This document shows, one piece after another, positions 17,647-27,226 of a stretch of 47,219 bases of DNA. Source of the DNA: an uncultured Dehalococcoidales bacterium. GTDB taxonomy: Bacteria; Chloroflexota; Dehalococcoidia; Dehalococcoidales; UBA2162. The notes under the pieces are model-generated. The model did no database searches. It was not told the origin of the DNA and worked only from the letters and a program-made list of their open reading frames with translations. A program made the position numbers and the translations under genes. Positions within the stretch are counted from its first letter, which is position 1, and each line of letters starts with the position of its first letter. The stretch lies in contig CAZBAN010000008.1 in NCBI GenBank assembly GCA_964489895.1, positions 1 through 47,219 of the forward strand, read 5' to 3'.

Positions 17647-19593
17647 TTAACCTGAGGCTTTCTTGAGTTCCTCGTAAGCCCTTTTTACCTCTTCGATAGA
17701 GCCTTCATCCTCAAGCGTAGTAAGGTCACCAACACTCTGACCTGAAGCTACCGCTTTAAGGACACGGCGCATGATTTTACCGCTTCTCGTCTTCGGCATT
17801 GAGTCCACGAAGTATATGGCATCGGGAGCGGCAATAGGCCCTATAGTAGTCCGAAGATGCTTGGCTATATCTTTCTTCAGGTCATCCGAAGGTTTTTCTC
17901 CTTCTTTCAGGGTAATATAAAGCACCAGGGCGTCACCTTTGATTTCATCCGGTCTACTCACCACTGCAACTTCGGTAACGGCCGGGTGGGATATAACCGC
18001 GTCTTCCAGTTCCGCCGTACCTATCCGGTGTCCGGCAATCTTCAGTACCTCGTCAGCTCTTCCCAGCATCCAGAAATAGCCGTCCTCATCCTTCATGGCG
18101 AAGTCTCCGGCATAATACGAGCCGGGGAATCGTGTCCAGTAAGACTGCTTGTAACGTTCCGGAGCTCCGTAGATATCCAGGAGCAGCCCGGGCCAGGGTT
18201 TCCTGATGATGAGCAAGCCCGTCTTACCCGCCGGAAGCTCCTTACCGTCAGTATCCACTATTGCCGCATCAACACCGGGAAGAGGGAAAGTCGCCGAGCC
18301 GGGTTTTAGCGGTACCGCCTCAATACCGGGAGTAGGGGAAATCATTATGCCGCCTGTCTCCGTCTGCCACCAGGTATCGACAATAGGACACTTCTCATTG
18401 CCGATATGCTTGTAATACCATTGCCAGGCTTCGGGGTTAATCGGTTCGCCGACGCTCCCGAGCAGTTCGAGTGTTGAGAGGTCGTGTCCCTCCAGCCACT
18501 CCTCACCGGAACGCATAAACATGCGTATGGCAGTAGGTGAGGTATAGAAAACGGTAACGCCGTATTTCTCTATGATATCCCACCACCTGTCAATTTCCGG
18601 GTAATCAGGCGCACCTTCATAGAGTACAATGGCAGCGCCGTGAGAAAGCGGGGCATAGACTATCGAGCTGTGACCTGTAACCCAGCCGACGTCAGCGGTA
18701 CACCAGAAGACCGAATCTTCCCGGATATCGAACACCCATTGATATGCCGAGTGATTGAACACCAGGTATCCGCCGGTTCCGTGGACAACACCTTTAGGTT
18801 TTCCGGTAGTCCCGGAAGTATAGAGAATATACAGCGGGTGAGTGGACTCCATCGGTTCGGGCTTTACATACTTTTCCGCATCAGGCAGCATATCGTCAAG
18901 CCAGACGTCTCTGCCCTCTGTCCACGGCACTTCCTCGCCCGTTCTCTTAACTACGACAACCTTTTCAACCGTGGGGCAATCCTGCATTGCCTCATCGGTT
19001 ATCTCTTTAAGTTTTATTACCTTGCCGCGTCGGTAGCCACCGTCGGCAGTGATAACTACTTTTGCCTGCACGTCATTAACCCTGTCAGATATCGCCTGAG
19101 CGCTGAACCCGGAAAATATAACCGTATGAACGGCGCCTATACGTCCGGCAGCAAGCATGAATATCGGCAATTCCGGAATCATCGGCATATAGAGGGCAAT
19201 TTTATCACCCTTGCTAACACCAAGATTCCTCAGTACCGAGGCAAAACGGTTTACAGAACGGTATAAAGTGGAATAGCTAAGTACCCTTGTCTCACCGGTT
19301 TCGCCTTCCCAGTAAATCGCCACCTTACTTTTTCGCCATGTCTTTACATGACGATCAACACACTGATAAGAAGCGTTAAGCCTGCCACCGACAAACCACC
19401 TGGCATAAGGGGGCTCCCAATCCAGCACTTCATCCCATGTCTCATACCAGTCCAGCTTCCTGGCTTCTTCTGACCAGAAACCTTCGGGGTCTTCAAGTGA
19501 ACGGCGGTGTATCTCCGTGTACCGCTTCAGCGGCCACATATGCACACCGGTTGGCAGATGGCTTGATGTATTGGTTTTTTGTTCGTCAGACAT
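17647..19593 (-). CDS. acs: Acetyl-CoA synthetase (AMP-forming)
   Basis: The length is 648 aa. Motifs: [58 protein letters not shown], and [13 protein letters not shown] near the C-terminus. Confidence 0.95.
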   Translation of the reverse strand: MSDEQKTNTSSHLPTGVHMWPLKRYTEIHRRSLEDPEGFWSEEARKLDWYETWDEVLDWEPPYARWFVGGRLNASYQCVDRHVKTWRKSKVAIYWEGETGETRVLSYSTLYRSVNRFASVLRNLGVSKGDKIALYMPMIPELPIFMLAAGRIGAVHTVIFSGFSAQAISDRVNDVQAKVVITADGGYRRGKVIKLKEITDEAMQDCPTVEKVVVVKRTGEEVPWTEGRDVWLDDMLPDAEKYVKPEPMESTHPLYILYTSGTTGKPKGVVHGTGGYLVFNHSAYQWVFDIREDSVFWCTADVGWVTGHSSIVYAPLSHGAAIVLYEGAPDYPEIDRWWDIIEKYGVTVFYTSPTAIRMFMRSGEEWLEGHDLSTLELLGSVGEPINPEAWQWYYKHIGNEKCPIVDTWWQTETGGIMISPTPGIEAVPLKPGSATFPLPGVDAAIVDTDGKELPAGKTGLLIIRKPWPGLLLDIYGAPERYKQSYWTRFPGSYYAGDFAMKDEDGYFWMLGRADEVLKIAGHRIGTAELEDAVISHPAVTEVAVVSRPDEIKGDALVLYITLKEGEKPSDDLKKDIAKHLRTTIGPIAAPDAIYFVDSMPKTRSGKIMRRVLKAVASGQSVGDLTTLEDEGSIEEVKRAYEELKKASG

Positions 19594-19808
19594 TAAATTA
19601 CCTCCTGATTTAGATTATAGCACAGGCATAATCAGCCCTCAAAAGAAAACAAAGTCAGGTTTTTAACAGGCTTATTTCTACCGCCGCTGTCAACAAAATG
19701 AGAGGAATGCGTGATATCAGGACCTATCCTATCCCTGCGTTTGTGTTCGGCTGGATTGCACTGAACTTCTCAAGCCGGTAACTATCAATATCGTTATTAA
19801 ACTCTATA

Positions 19809-20273
19809 TTATGCTTTATCTCTTCCGCTTGATAACCAGCTACTCGATTGTATTTTACCTCCACCGACATTGAAGACCATCTGGATATTATTCGTTACAC
19901 AGGTCTGATACTCCATAATATCCGCGGGTTCTTTCCTGTCGCCACCATTGGCAAAAACTATGTCGTCATCAGGGTATCTTTTTCTAATTAATTCCAGCGT
20001 CTTGCATACGCTCATGTCAGTATCAACACTTCTTATAGCTTCATTTCCGTTATCATATCTGGTTCCTATTCCCCACTTTATTATCTCTTCCCTCTCATCT
20101 ATATCCTGATAGAACCGTCCACCGCTTTGTTTTTTCTTTTCATCAAGGAATTGGTCACTATTAAGAATAACGATTAACTTATCACCAAGCTCCTCAGCCT
20201 CTATCATCATCCTCACATGCCCCTTGTGTACAGGGTCAAAACCGCCGGAGACAACAACGATTTTCATACTCAC
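19809..20273 (-). CDS. Cytidylyltransferase-fold nucleotidyltransferase (HldE domain II-like adenylyltransferase family)
   Basis: The HxGH-type motif is GGFDPVHKGHVRMM, followed by LIVILNSD and the C-terminal ANGGDR...GGGKIQSSS. Confidence 0.7.
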   Translation of the reverse strand: MSMKIVVVSGGFDPVHKGHVRMMIEAEELGDKLIVILNSDQFLDEKKKQSGGRFYQDIDEREEIIKWGIGTRYDNGNEAIRSVDTDMSVCKTLELIRKRYPDDDIVFANGGDRKEPADIMEYQTCVTNNIQMVFNVGGGKIQSSSWLSSGRDKA

Positions 20274-20362
20274 TCCTTTGTGAAGCCGGTAATTCTATTT
20301 CTGTGATAATTTTAGCACAATTCCGCTGGCTATGGATTTACCGGATAAAATTGTGGCAATAA

Positions 20363-21097
20363 TCAGCCGGAAGTGCCCCTCCTCAGGGTTAACGACGCCA
20401 GCACCACGAACCCCGCGGCGAAAGCGGCAAGAATGCCGACCTCTTTAATTACTCCCAGCAGGTTCTCGCCTTCGAGCATCATCGCCCGGATGCCGTCCAC
20501 TCCGTAGGTGAGTGGCAGGAACTTGGCTATCCATTGCAGATACTCCGGCAGTCCACTGACCGGCCAGAGCAGTCCGCAAAGAAAGAACTGGGGAAGGATG
20601 ACTATCGGGACGAACTGCATTATCTGGAACTCGTTTCTGGCGAAGGTGGAGGTGAACGTTCCCAGGCAGACAGCGCCGATGCCGATAATGGCCTGGAAAA
20701 TGATAATCTGCCACAGCTCTCCCTGAAAGTTGATGTCCAGTACGTATACCATATAGAAAAATATAATCAGAGTCTGCGCCAGGGCAAAAAGCAGGAACCC
20801 CATCAAATAACCGCTGACAATATCCAGCCGTGAGACCGGTGCCGCCATTAACCGCTCCAGGGTCCCCTGCGAGCGCTCTCGTTGGAAGCTGATGCCGGTT
20901 AAAATAAAACCGAAAAACAGTATCAGCATGGCAAGTATTGCCGGAGCGGTGTAGTCCAGCATTCTTTTATCTGGAGTGGAAACGCCGACAATGCTGGCTA
21001 TGAGCAGAGGCGCAATAATTATCAGCATTATCGTGCGGCGGTCGCGTATAAGCTGGTTGATAATCCGGCTGGCGATACTGAAAGCATTACTCAGCAT
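20363..21097 (-). CDS. ABC-2 type transporter permease
   Basis: The topology is six-TM-like. The conserved ERSQGTLERLMAAPVSRLDIVSGY motif of the ABC-2 family is present. It overlaps the upstream ATPase by 11 nt. Confidence 0.85.
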   Translation of the reverse strand: MLSNAFSIASRIINQLIRDRRTIMLIIIAPLLIASIVGVSTPDKRMLDYTAPAILAMLILFFGFILTGISFQRERSQGTLERLMAAPVSRLDIVSGYLMGFLLFALAQTLIIFFYMVYVLDINFQGELWQIIIFQAIIGIGAVCLGTFTSTFARNEFQIMQFVPIVILPQFFLCGLLWPVSGLPEYLQWIAKFLPLTYGVDGIRAMMLEGENLLGVIKEVGILAAFAAGFVVLASLTLRRGTSG

Positions 21098-21863
21098 TTT
21101 GCCCCTCCTCGCTACGCCGGATAAAGTGGAGGAAGGCGTCCTCCAGAGTGGCGTTTGCCTTACCGGGTGCGGACCTCAACTCCTCCGGTGTCCCCAGCGC
21201 TATAATTTTACCCTGTCGCAGGAAAATCAGCTTCTGGCAGTGGGAAGCATCGTCCATGGTGTGGCTGGAGATAATAATAGTGGAGCCACCTTGAGTCAGA
21301 CTCGCGAAATAGTCCCAGAAACTAACCCTGACGTCGGGGTCGAGACCAACGGTAGGCTCGTCGAGAAACAGCAGCGGTGGATTGTGAACGATAGCACAGC
21401 CAAGGCTGACGCGCTGTTTCATGCCACCGCTCAGATGCATTATCTGTGTTTTCCGTCTGTCCCAGAGGTCCACCAGCTTGATAACCTCGTCTACTCTGCT
21501 CTGTCTCTGTTCCCTGTCCCTCAGACCGTATATGCGGGCGAAGAAATCGATATTCTGCCTCACGGTAAGTTCCGTGTACAGAGAATGTAATTGCGGCATA
21601 TAACCGCGCAGCCTGGCGTTGGCGGATGTAGGTGTCCTGCCGAGGCACCGTATATTTCCTGCGGCAGGCTTGAGCAACCCGACCAGCAGCCTTATCAAAG
21701 TCGTTTTGCCCGAACCGTTGGGTCCCAGCAGCCCGAAGCTGGTTCCTGCCGGTATCTCCAGCGACAGGTCATCAATTACACTGAGTTTGCCATATCTAAA
21801 GGTAAGTTTTTCGACGGCGACAGCGTTATCGTTATCTCTTTCCGGCATGTCAGGTTTCTCCAT
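21087..21863 (-). CDS. ABC transporter ATP-binding protein (DrrA/ABC-2 subfamily)
   Basis: Walker A GPNGSGKTT, signature LSGGMKQRVSL and Walker B LLFLDEPTVGLD are present. Confidence 0.9.
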   Translation of the reverse strand: MEKPDMPERDNDNAVAVEKLTFRYGKLSVIDDLSLEIPAGTSFGLLGPNGSGKTTLIRLLVGLLKPAAGNIRCLGRTPTSANARLRGYMPQLHSLYTELTVRQNIDFFARIYGLRDREQRQSRVDEVIKLVDLWDRRKTQIMHLSGGMKQRVSLGCAIVHNPPLLFLDEPTVGLDPDVRVSFWDYFASLTQGGSTIIISSHTMDDASHCQKLIFLRQGKIIALGTPEELRSAPGKANATLEDAFLHFIRRSEEGQNAE

Positions 21864-21979
21864 ATATTCTATACGCGGATTAACACTCTTTAATAATACC
21901 TTTCTTTCATCACCAAGCCAAGCCTTTTGAGGCTATTACTGACACAGGAAACAGAGAAAGTTAGGTGGATGTTTAAAAA

Positions 21980-22007
21980 TTGGTAAAAAGGCTGTAAATG
22001 GTATAGA
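21980..22007 (+). promoter_or_regulatory. Putative extended -10 promoter immediately upstream of 22019 ATG
   Basis: TTGGTA (21980-21985), 16-nt spacer ending in TGg, then TATAGA (22002-22007). Only 11 nt separate the -10 from the ATG, and no SD is visible. Confidence 0.35.
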
Positions 22008-22018
22008 ATTAAGCAACA

Positions 22019-22654
22019 ATGATAGATTCCAACACGCTCGAACCCAACCCACTAGAAAAAACTTCAGGGACAAAGCAGCGTATAGCCCAGATGACATCCA
22101 ATATACTCAACCCTTTCCTGTTATGTCTGGCTTTGATACTGCTTTTTTCCTTCAGTTCTACGTCCAGCATATCCGAGGCAATGAAATGGGTGGGTATATC
22201 AGCCGCGATGAGCCTGCTACCGGTCTTTCTGGTTATTATATACCTCCTTCGAAACGGCAAGGTGGATACGTTTTTCATCAATATCCGTGAACAAAGAACC
22301 AGGATTTATCTGCTGGGAAGTCTCTGCGCATCGGTAAGCTGCATCACCCTGATATTTCTGAAAGCGCCATCGATACTGATAGCCGGCTTCACCACGGGAG
22401 TCCTGATAGCGTTCGTATTTACGCTTATAAACCTGTGGTGGAAGATAAGCCTTCATACCGCTATCGTAGCCGGTTCGGCTACCGCGCTGGTACTGCTGTA
22501 CGGCTGGATAGCCACCGCTGCCCTCGCTCTTATCCCGTTAACAGCCTGGGCAAGAATACAGCTGGAATCTCACTCATTGACGCAAACCGTCAGCGGTGCG
22601 CTGCTGGCAGCCTTAATCGTGGTCGGATTGTTCTATCCCCTCGCCCTTGCCTAG
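22019..22654 (+). CDS. Integral membrane protein, divergent PAP2-like phosphatase family (tentative)
   Basis: The product is multi-TM. KISLHTAIVAGSA resembles the PAP2 C2 motif (SGHT). ARIQLESHSLTQTVSGALLAA resembles C3 (SRxxxxxHxxxDVxxG). The C1 motif is not clear. Confidence 0.5.
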   Translation: MIDSNTLEPNPLEKTSGTKQRIAQMTSNILNPFLLCLALILLFSFSSTSSISEAMKWVGISAAMSLLPVFLVIIYLLRNGKVDTFFINIREQRTRIYLLGSLCASVSCITLIFLKAPSILIAGFTTGVLIAFVFTLINLWWKISLHTAIVAGSATALVLLYGWIATAALALIPLTAWARIQLESHSLTQTVSGALLAALIVVGLFYPLALA

Positions 22655-22683
22655 ACTCCGCAATATGGCGGACCTGCTTTTTA

Positions 22684-24291
22684 TCAGACTTTTCTATCCG
22701 CGCCTTCCCAGTACTTGTCCCTCAGCTCTCTCTTCAGGATTTTCCCGGAGGGATTCTTCGGCAGGGCATCGACGAATTCTACAGATTTAGGCGCTTTATA
22801 CCTGGCAAGCTTCTCCTTGCAGAAATTGATAAGGTCAGCTTCGGTGACGTTTACTCCTTTATTCAGAGTGACCACGGCATGGACTTTCTCCACCCAGTAC
22901 GGGTCAGGAATACCAATAACGGCGGCTTCCTCGACAGCAGGGTGACCGTAAAGTACTTCCTCGATTTCTCTGGGATATATATTCTCTCCGCCGGAAACAA
23001 TCATATCCTTTCTTCTATCGACGATGTAAACATAGCCGTTCTCGTCATAGTAACCGACGTCCCCGGTATAAACAAAGCCGTTTTTCAGCGTCTCTTTCGT
23101 GTCGTCCGGCAGATTCCAGTATTCGACCATCAGGTGCTGGCTCTGCACTATAATCTCGCCAAGCTCGCCGGGAGCAACATCGTTGTCTTTCTCGTCAACA
23201 ATCCTGACATGCACTCCCAGGCTTGGTCTTCCCGCCGAGGCTAATATTTTCTGTTTTTCAGGAGGCAGGTCTACCACTTTGTTGTCGTCACGGGAGAGGT
23301 CGGTAATCTCCGGTCCGGTCTCGGTCTGACCGTAGCCCTGAGCGAAAATGGAACCCCATGTCTCTATCGCCTTCTTCAGCACTTCGACAGGCATAGGCGA
23401 CGCCGCGTACCACATCCGTTTCAAGCTTTTAAGGTTGTACTTTTCCAGGTCAGGCACGCCGAGCATGCCCACCAGGTGAGTGGCGACAATATGAATGTCG
23501 GTAGCCTGTTCGTCCTCGACAGCCTGCAGGGTAGCCGCGGGGTCGAAAGACCTTTGATGCATGATGACGTTGCAGGCACCGATATAGAGGAAGGCGCGGA
23601 AATGGTTTATTCCACCGATGTGATATAAGGGCATTATATGGATGTGCTTTTCACCCGGCAGAAGACCCATTTCCATCACCAGGTTCTTGGTATTGTCTAT
23701 AAACCGCCTGTGGGTATAAAGAGCACCGCGGGGGAGTCCGGTCGTGCCGCTGGTATAGACGATAGCCAGGTAGTCGTCCTCGTCCACCTGGATATCAGGT
23801 TCCTCCCTGGAATAACTTTTCATCAGTTCGTCATGGCTTATCATATCCGGGGCTGAACACTCGAGCGAGATGTAATTCTTTACCTTCGGCAGATTGTTCC
23901 TGATAGAACTCACCGTATCCACCAGCTCCGTTCCTACGAACAACGTATTAGCTTCCGAGTAATTAATCAGATATTCCAGCTCATTTGCCTGCAACCTGAA
24001 ATTGAATGGTGACGCGATGAAACCGCCCTTCCAGGCTGCCCCGAAGAAATAAGTATACTCAAGGCAGTTCATGGAAACTATACCGATAACGTCACCTTTT
24101 TTCACTCCCATTGACTGCAGAGCATGTATCAGGCTGTTCACTCTGGCGTTATACTCGGAAAAGGTTACCCTTTCGGACTTGTATACATAGGCTTCCTGGT
24201 CCGGGTACAGTAGCGCATTTCTATATATAACGTCCGCAAATGTACCTATGTTATAGCGGCATAGCTCTTTTAATACATATTTCTCTGCCAT
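22684..24291 (-). CDS. AMP-dependent acyl-CoA synthetase / fatty-acid-CoA ligase
   Basis: Motifs: YTSGTTGLPRGA, GYGQTETG, YTGDVGYYDENGYVYIVDRRKDMIVSGGENIYPREIE, and PKNPSGKILKRELR. The track's start (TTG at 24387) is the TTGACA of a promoter-like element. I use ATG at 24291, preceded by AAGGAG. Confidence 0.9.
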   Translation of the reverse strand: MAEKYVLKELCRYNIGTFADVIYRNALLYPDQEAYVYKSERVTFSEYNARVNSLIHALQSMGVKKGDVIGIVSMNCLEYTYFFGAAWKGGFIASPFNFRLQANELEYLINYSEANTLFVGTELVDTVSSIRNNLPKVKNYISLECSAPDMISHDELMKSYSREEPDIQVDEDDYLAIVYTSGTTGLPRGALYTHRRFIDNTKNLVMEMGLLPGEKHIHIMPLYHIGGINHFRAFLYIGACNVIMHQRSFDPAATLQAVEDEQATDIHIVATHLVGMLGVPDLEKYNLKSLKRMWYAASPMPVEVLKKAIETWGSIFAQGYGQTETGPEITDLSRDDNKVVDLPPEKQKILASAGRPSLGVHVRIVDEKDNDVAPGELGEIIVQSQHLMVEYWNLPDDTKETLKNGFVYTGDVGYYDENGYVYIVDRRKDMIVSGGENIYPREIEEVLYGHPAVEEAAVIGIPDPYWVEKVHAVVTLNKGVNVTEADLINFCKEKLARYKAPKSVEFVDALPKNPSGKILKRELRDKYWEGADRKV

Positions 24292-24356
24292 TATCCTGCT
24301 CCTTGCTTGATTGGATTGCCGAAAGCGATGTTCCGGCTTTAAAACATTGCCTCCGT

Positions 24357-24387
24357 AGTATATCCCGAAACACTCGATAGGTGTCAA
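24357..24387 (-). promoter_or_regulatory. Putative sigma70-type promoter for the acyl-CoA ligase gene
   Basis: On the minus strand, TTGACA (complement of 24382-24387) is followed by a 17-nt spacer and GATATA (24359-24364). The alternative is TATACT (24357-24362) at a 19-nt spacer. Confidence 0.4.
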
Positions 24388-24490
24388 TAGCTGGCTAACA
24401 ACCGTTTTTTGCTTTAGAGGAGTTATTGTAAAATGGAGCAGTGAAAATACCGGTTCTGGAAGAGTTAATTTAAGTAGTCCAAGTTACTGT

Positions 24491-25138
24491 TTAAAACCTG
24501 TCTTTCAATCCCTTGCGAATAAATACCCGGTTCCAGTTCCCGCTGGTAGTACGCATCTCGATTATCCTCGGGATGTAGCGTGCCAGCACCATGAGCAGTA
24601 ACGCAACAGAGAACAGCACCAAAACACCTGAATGATATACAAGCCAGGCTACAAACGGAGCGCAGAGCAGAGCCAGACTATAACTCAATGTCGGATACCG
24701 CGTAGCAGCCAGTACGATAACGAAAATAGCAGCGCCGAAGGGTAAAGCCCTTGGCATCAGGCAGATGAATATGCCGACAACGGTAGCTCCCCCCTTGCCG
24801 CCACGGAAACCGAGAAACACCGGGAACATATGACCTATTACGGCAATCCCGCCGGCAATAAGCTGGACAGTCTCGGAGACTCCAAGCCAGCGAGCTACCA
24901 GTATAGCCAGTGCCCCTTTTGCCATGTCCAGGAAAAGTACGAGGATACCCCACCACAGACCGACCCGGTAAATAGTATTCATCGCTCCCATATTGCGCGT
25001 CCCCACCTGGCGGATGTCCACCCTTTTAACGAGACGGCTGATAATATAGGCGAAAGGTAACGAACCTAGCAGATAGGCACTTATCAGAGCGATGATTATA
25101 CTTATGGTATTACCGTCCATATTCAATACCAATGACAC
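24491..25138 (-). CDS. plsY: Glycerol-3-phosphate acyltransferase PlsY
   Basis: Motifs: YLLGSLPFAYIISR, GTRNMGAMN (GSGNxGATN-type) and FRGGKGGAT. The length and 5-6 TM profile fit PlsY. An alternative start is at M7 (25120). Confidence 0.9.
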   Translation of the reverse strand: MSLVLNMDGNTISIIIALISAYLLGSLPFAYIISRLVKRVDIRQVGTRNMGAMNTIYRVGLWWGILVLFLDMAKGALAILVARWLGVSETVQLIAGGIAVIGHMFPVFLGFRGGKGGATVVGIFICLMPRALPFGAAIFVIVLAATRYPTLSYSLALLCAPFVAWLVYHSGVLVLFSVALLLMVLARYIPRIIEMRTTSGNWNRVFIRKGLKDRF

Positions 25139-25178
25139 GGATTAACAGGTGCTCATTCCAGTAAGGGAAGACCCGGAG

Positions 25179-25547
25179 TTATAGAGAGCCCTGCTGCAGC
25201 TCGATAGTTACATTCTCGGGAGCCTTAAGAAACGAAATTTTAACCTCAGGACTTATTTCCCTGAGGTCCATCGTAAATTCAACGCCTTCAGCTTTCAGTT
25301 CTTCAATGGCTGTCTTCAGATCATCGGTCTGGATTCCAAAATGGTCCAGGCCGTTCTCCACTGTATCGCCACGTGCCGGCGTTACCAGGATAACTGTTCC
25401 GTTCAGGTCAAGTTTTATCATGGCACCACCTTCACCGAACTCCTGCTTGCTGACTATTTTAGCACCGAACATCTTCTCGTAAAATTCAGCCGTTTTTACC
25501 GTATCGGTACTCATCAGATGGACATGGTCAAACCAGTATTTAGGCAT
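25179..25547 (-). CDS. VOC family protein (glyoxalase/bleomycin resistance/dioxygenase fold)
   Basis: The 122-aa protein has FDHVHLMSTD...FYEKMFGAK and LDHFGIQTDDL, typical paired beta-alpha-beta-beta-beta modules with metal ligands. Confidence 0.8.
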   Translation of the reverse strand: MPKYWFDHVHLMSTDTVKTAEFYEKMFGAKIVSKQEFGEGGAMIKLDLNGTVILVTPARGDTVENGLDHFGIQTDDLKTAIEELKAEGVEFTMDLREISPEVKISFLKAPENVTIELQQGSL

Positions 25548-25627
25548 ACTTGATTACCTCCTTATCGTCCGGTTAATGACAAATATTAAGACCGCATCAC
25601 GGGTAATGTCAATTTACTTCCAGATTA

Positions 25628-26110
25628 TCAGGGCGACTTTTTCTCTTCTATGGTTACCTTTTTCATGGTGTCACCGTTCTGGAGCTTTTTAAGGACATCC
25701 ATTCCTTTTACCAGACGGCCAAACACCGAGTGATGGTTATCTAGGTGGTGCTGCGGAGAATAGGTAATGAAAAACTGGGAGCCGTTTGTGTTCGGGCCGG
25801 CATTTGCCATAGATAACGACCCCGTGCCGTGTTTATGACCGGTAAATTCATCGGCAAAAGTATAACCGGGTCCGCCGGTGCCAGTCCCGGTGGGGTCCCC
25901 TCCCTGAGCCATAAAATCAGGGATAACACGATGGAATGTAACCCCGTCATAATACCCTTCCCGCGCCAGGAAAACGAAGTTGTTCACCGTTGTCGGGACA
26001 TCAGCGGCAAATAGCTCAAGGACGAGATTGCCCTTCCTTGTTTCAATAGTGGCGGTATACTGTTTGTCAGTATCAATAGTCATTGGTGGTGGTTCTAAAT
26101 ATTTCATCAT
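25628..26110 (-). CDS. Peptidyl-prolyl cis-trans isomerase, cyclophilin type
   Basis: Motifs: [40 protein letters not shown] and [18 protein letters not shown]. Confidence 0.9.
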   Translation of the reverse strand: MMKYLEPPPMTIDTDKQYTATIETRKGNLVLELFAADVPTTVNNFVFLAREGYYDGVTFHRVIPDFMAQGGDPTGTGTGGPGYTFADEFTGHKHGTGSLSMANAGPNTNGSQFFITYSPQHHLDNHHSVFGRLVKGMDVLKKLQNGDTMKKVTIEEKKSP

Positions 26111-26226
26111 TTTTATCAGGAATGCTGTCTATTCAGGACAAATCCTGAATATTCCTTCTCCTTTCCTGCAATAGTTATAACCAGAGGTAGCCGGTTATGC
26201 AAAGAGTTCAGACCAGAATAAACCAC

Positions 26227-26658
26227 CTACGAACGACTACCCTTAAAAGTGCCGGTGGCATAGGGACCGAACTGCATCTTACCTGACATATCGTCACCAT
26301 CTAGAGTCGCGTTAAACTCAATTACAAAATCTTCTTTCGTCTCGTCCCCAGCATCATCCGGCGGAGCACCGATGGGATTCTCTCTGAAAGAATCAGTAAT
26401 GAATCTTACCATTCCTTGTAACAATTCACCGGTTTGCATTCCCAAAGGCCCCGATACCGCCCTGTCCTCCGGAGCCTTTAACCTCACTTTCCAGTAAAGT
26501 TCGTTGCCATTAACCTTACCCTCACTTATCGATTGCTTACCGAAAGGACCGTCGACAGCGCCGCTTAGAGAACTACCGTCGGACTTGAGTGTAATCTTGA
26601 GAGGTCGATTTCCTCTGGGCATGGATACTTCCACACTATAGGTACCATCAATCGCCAT
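26227..26658 (-). CDS. Hypothetical protein (small beta-rich, repeated G-x-hydrophobic pattern)
   Basis: GGGAGG lies 8 nt upstream of the ATG. The pattern GTYSVEVSMPRGNRPLKITLKSDGSSLSGAVDGPFG...GKVNGNELYW resembles uncharacterised beta-barrel proteins. No family was assigned. Confidence 0.55.
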   Translation of the reverse strand: MAIDGTYSVEVSMPRGNRPLKITLKSDGSSLSGAVDGPFGKQSISEGKVNGNELYWKVRLKAPEDRAVSGPLGMQTGELLQGMVRFITDSFRENPIGAPPDDAGDETKEDFVIEFNATLDGDDMSGKMQFGPYATGTFKGSRS

Positions 26659-26934
26659 ATCACTACCTCCCTATTGGTACTAAAAAAATGCCTTTCAAAG
26701 CTTTCAGTTCCCTTAGTTGCTTCAATTATTACTATCTATATAAATTTTTATTACTTGATAGTTGGAATGTCTGTATTTTTATATCTTTATACTCTATCAC
26801 CCTGTGAGTTGATAATCAATAATTTCAGGGATTTTGACCGTTATGGCTAACCGGACAGAACCTTAATACATACTAGAGGATAGCTTTTATGATTTCGCCA
26901 ACTAGATATCATTCTTCCTCGGTTGATATTTATT

Positions 26935-27123
26935 CTCACCCCCTTAATCCCCCTCTCACGCAGTACCTTTTTTGCAATATAAATTTCTGAATGCGTGAGA
27001 GGGAGAGATTATTGTAGAGAGGGGGCTTCGCCCCCTCTCTTTTGGTTACTCCCCTCTCCAACCAGGATAGCTCCTCATCTCATATCAATGGTTCTGGTTG
27101 GAGAGGGGTAAGGGGTGAGGTAA
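26935..27123 (+). repeat. MITE-like or structured-RNA-like element: three nested perfect hairpins bounded by imperfect terminal inverted repeats, ending in 12-mer copy C
   Basis: H1 is ccctctcacgca (26951-26962) with tgcgtgagaggg (26992-27003), 12 bp. H2 is agagaggggg (27016-27025) with ccccctctct (27031-27040), 10 bp. H3 is cccctctccaaccag (27051-27065) with ctggttggagagggg (27094-27108), 15 bp. The ends ctcacccccttaatcccc (26935-) and ggggtaaggggtgagg (27105-27120) are imperfect reverse complements. GGGGTGAGGTAA is at 27112-27123. Confidence 0.6.
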
Positions 27124-27167
27124 CAAACCACTATCAAATGTAGAACGATAGCATAAATTAAGATGCT

Positions 27168-27197
27168 GTGATACCCTCGTGAAAGGTGTTGTATAAT
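27168..27197 (+). promoter_or_regulatory. Putative promoter for the RNase H-like exonuclease gene
   Basis: GTGATA (27168-27173), 18-nt spacer, TATAAT (27192-27197) directly preceded by TG. Confidence 0.3.
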
Positions 27198-27226
27198 ATG
27201 AGAAAGTCACTACCGGAGCGTATTAT

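Noticed and set aside
26131-26150. 8-bp AU-rich hairpin (attcagga-caaa-tcctgaat) between the 143-aa hypothetical gene and the cyclophilin gene.
   Set aside because: It is a short, weak stem with no U-tract on the relevant (minus) strand, so it is not convincing as a terminator or attenuator.
26935-27123. Hairpin repeats considered as a CRISPR array or a known riboswitch.
   Set aside because: The three hairpins have different sequences and irregular spacing, so there are no repeated units separated by unique spacers. No cas genes are present. I recognised no riboswitch consensus (TPP, cobalamin, SAM, FMN boxes) here or in the other long leaders.
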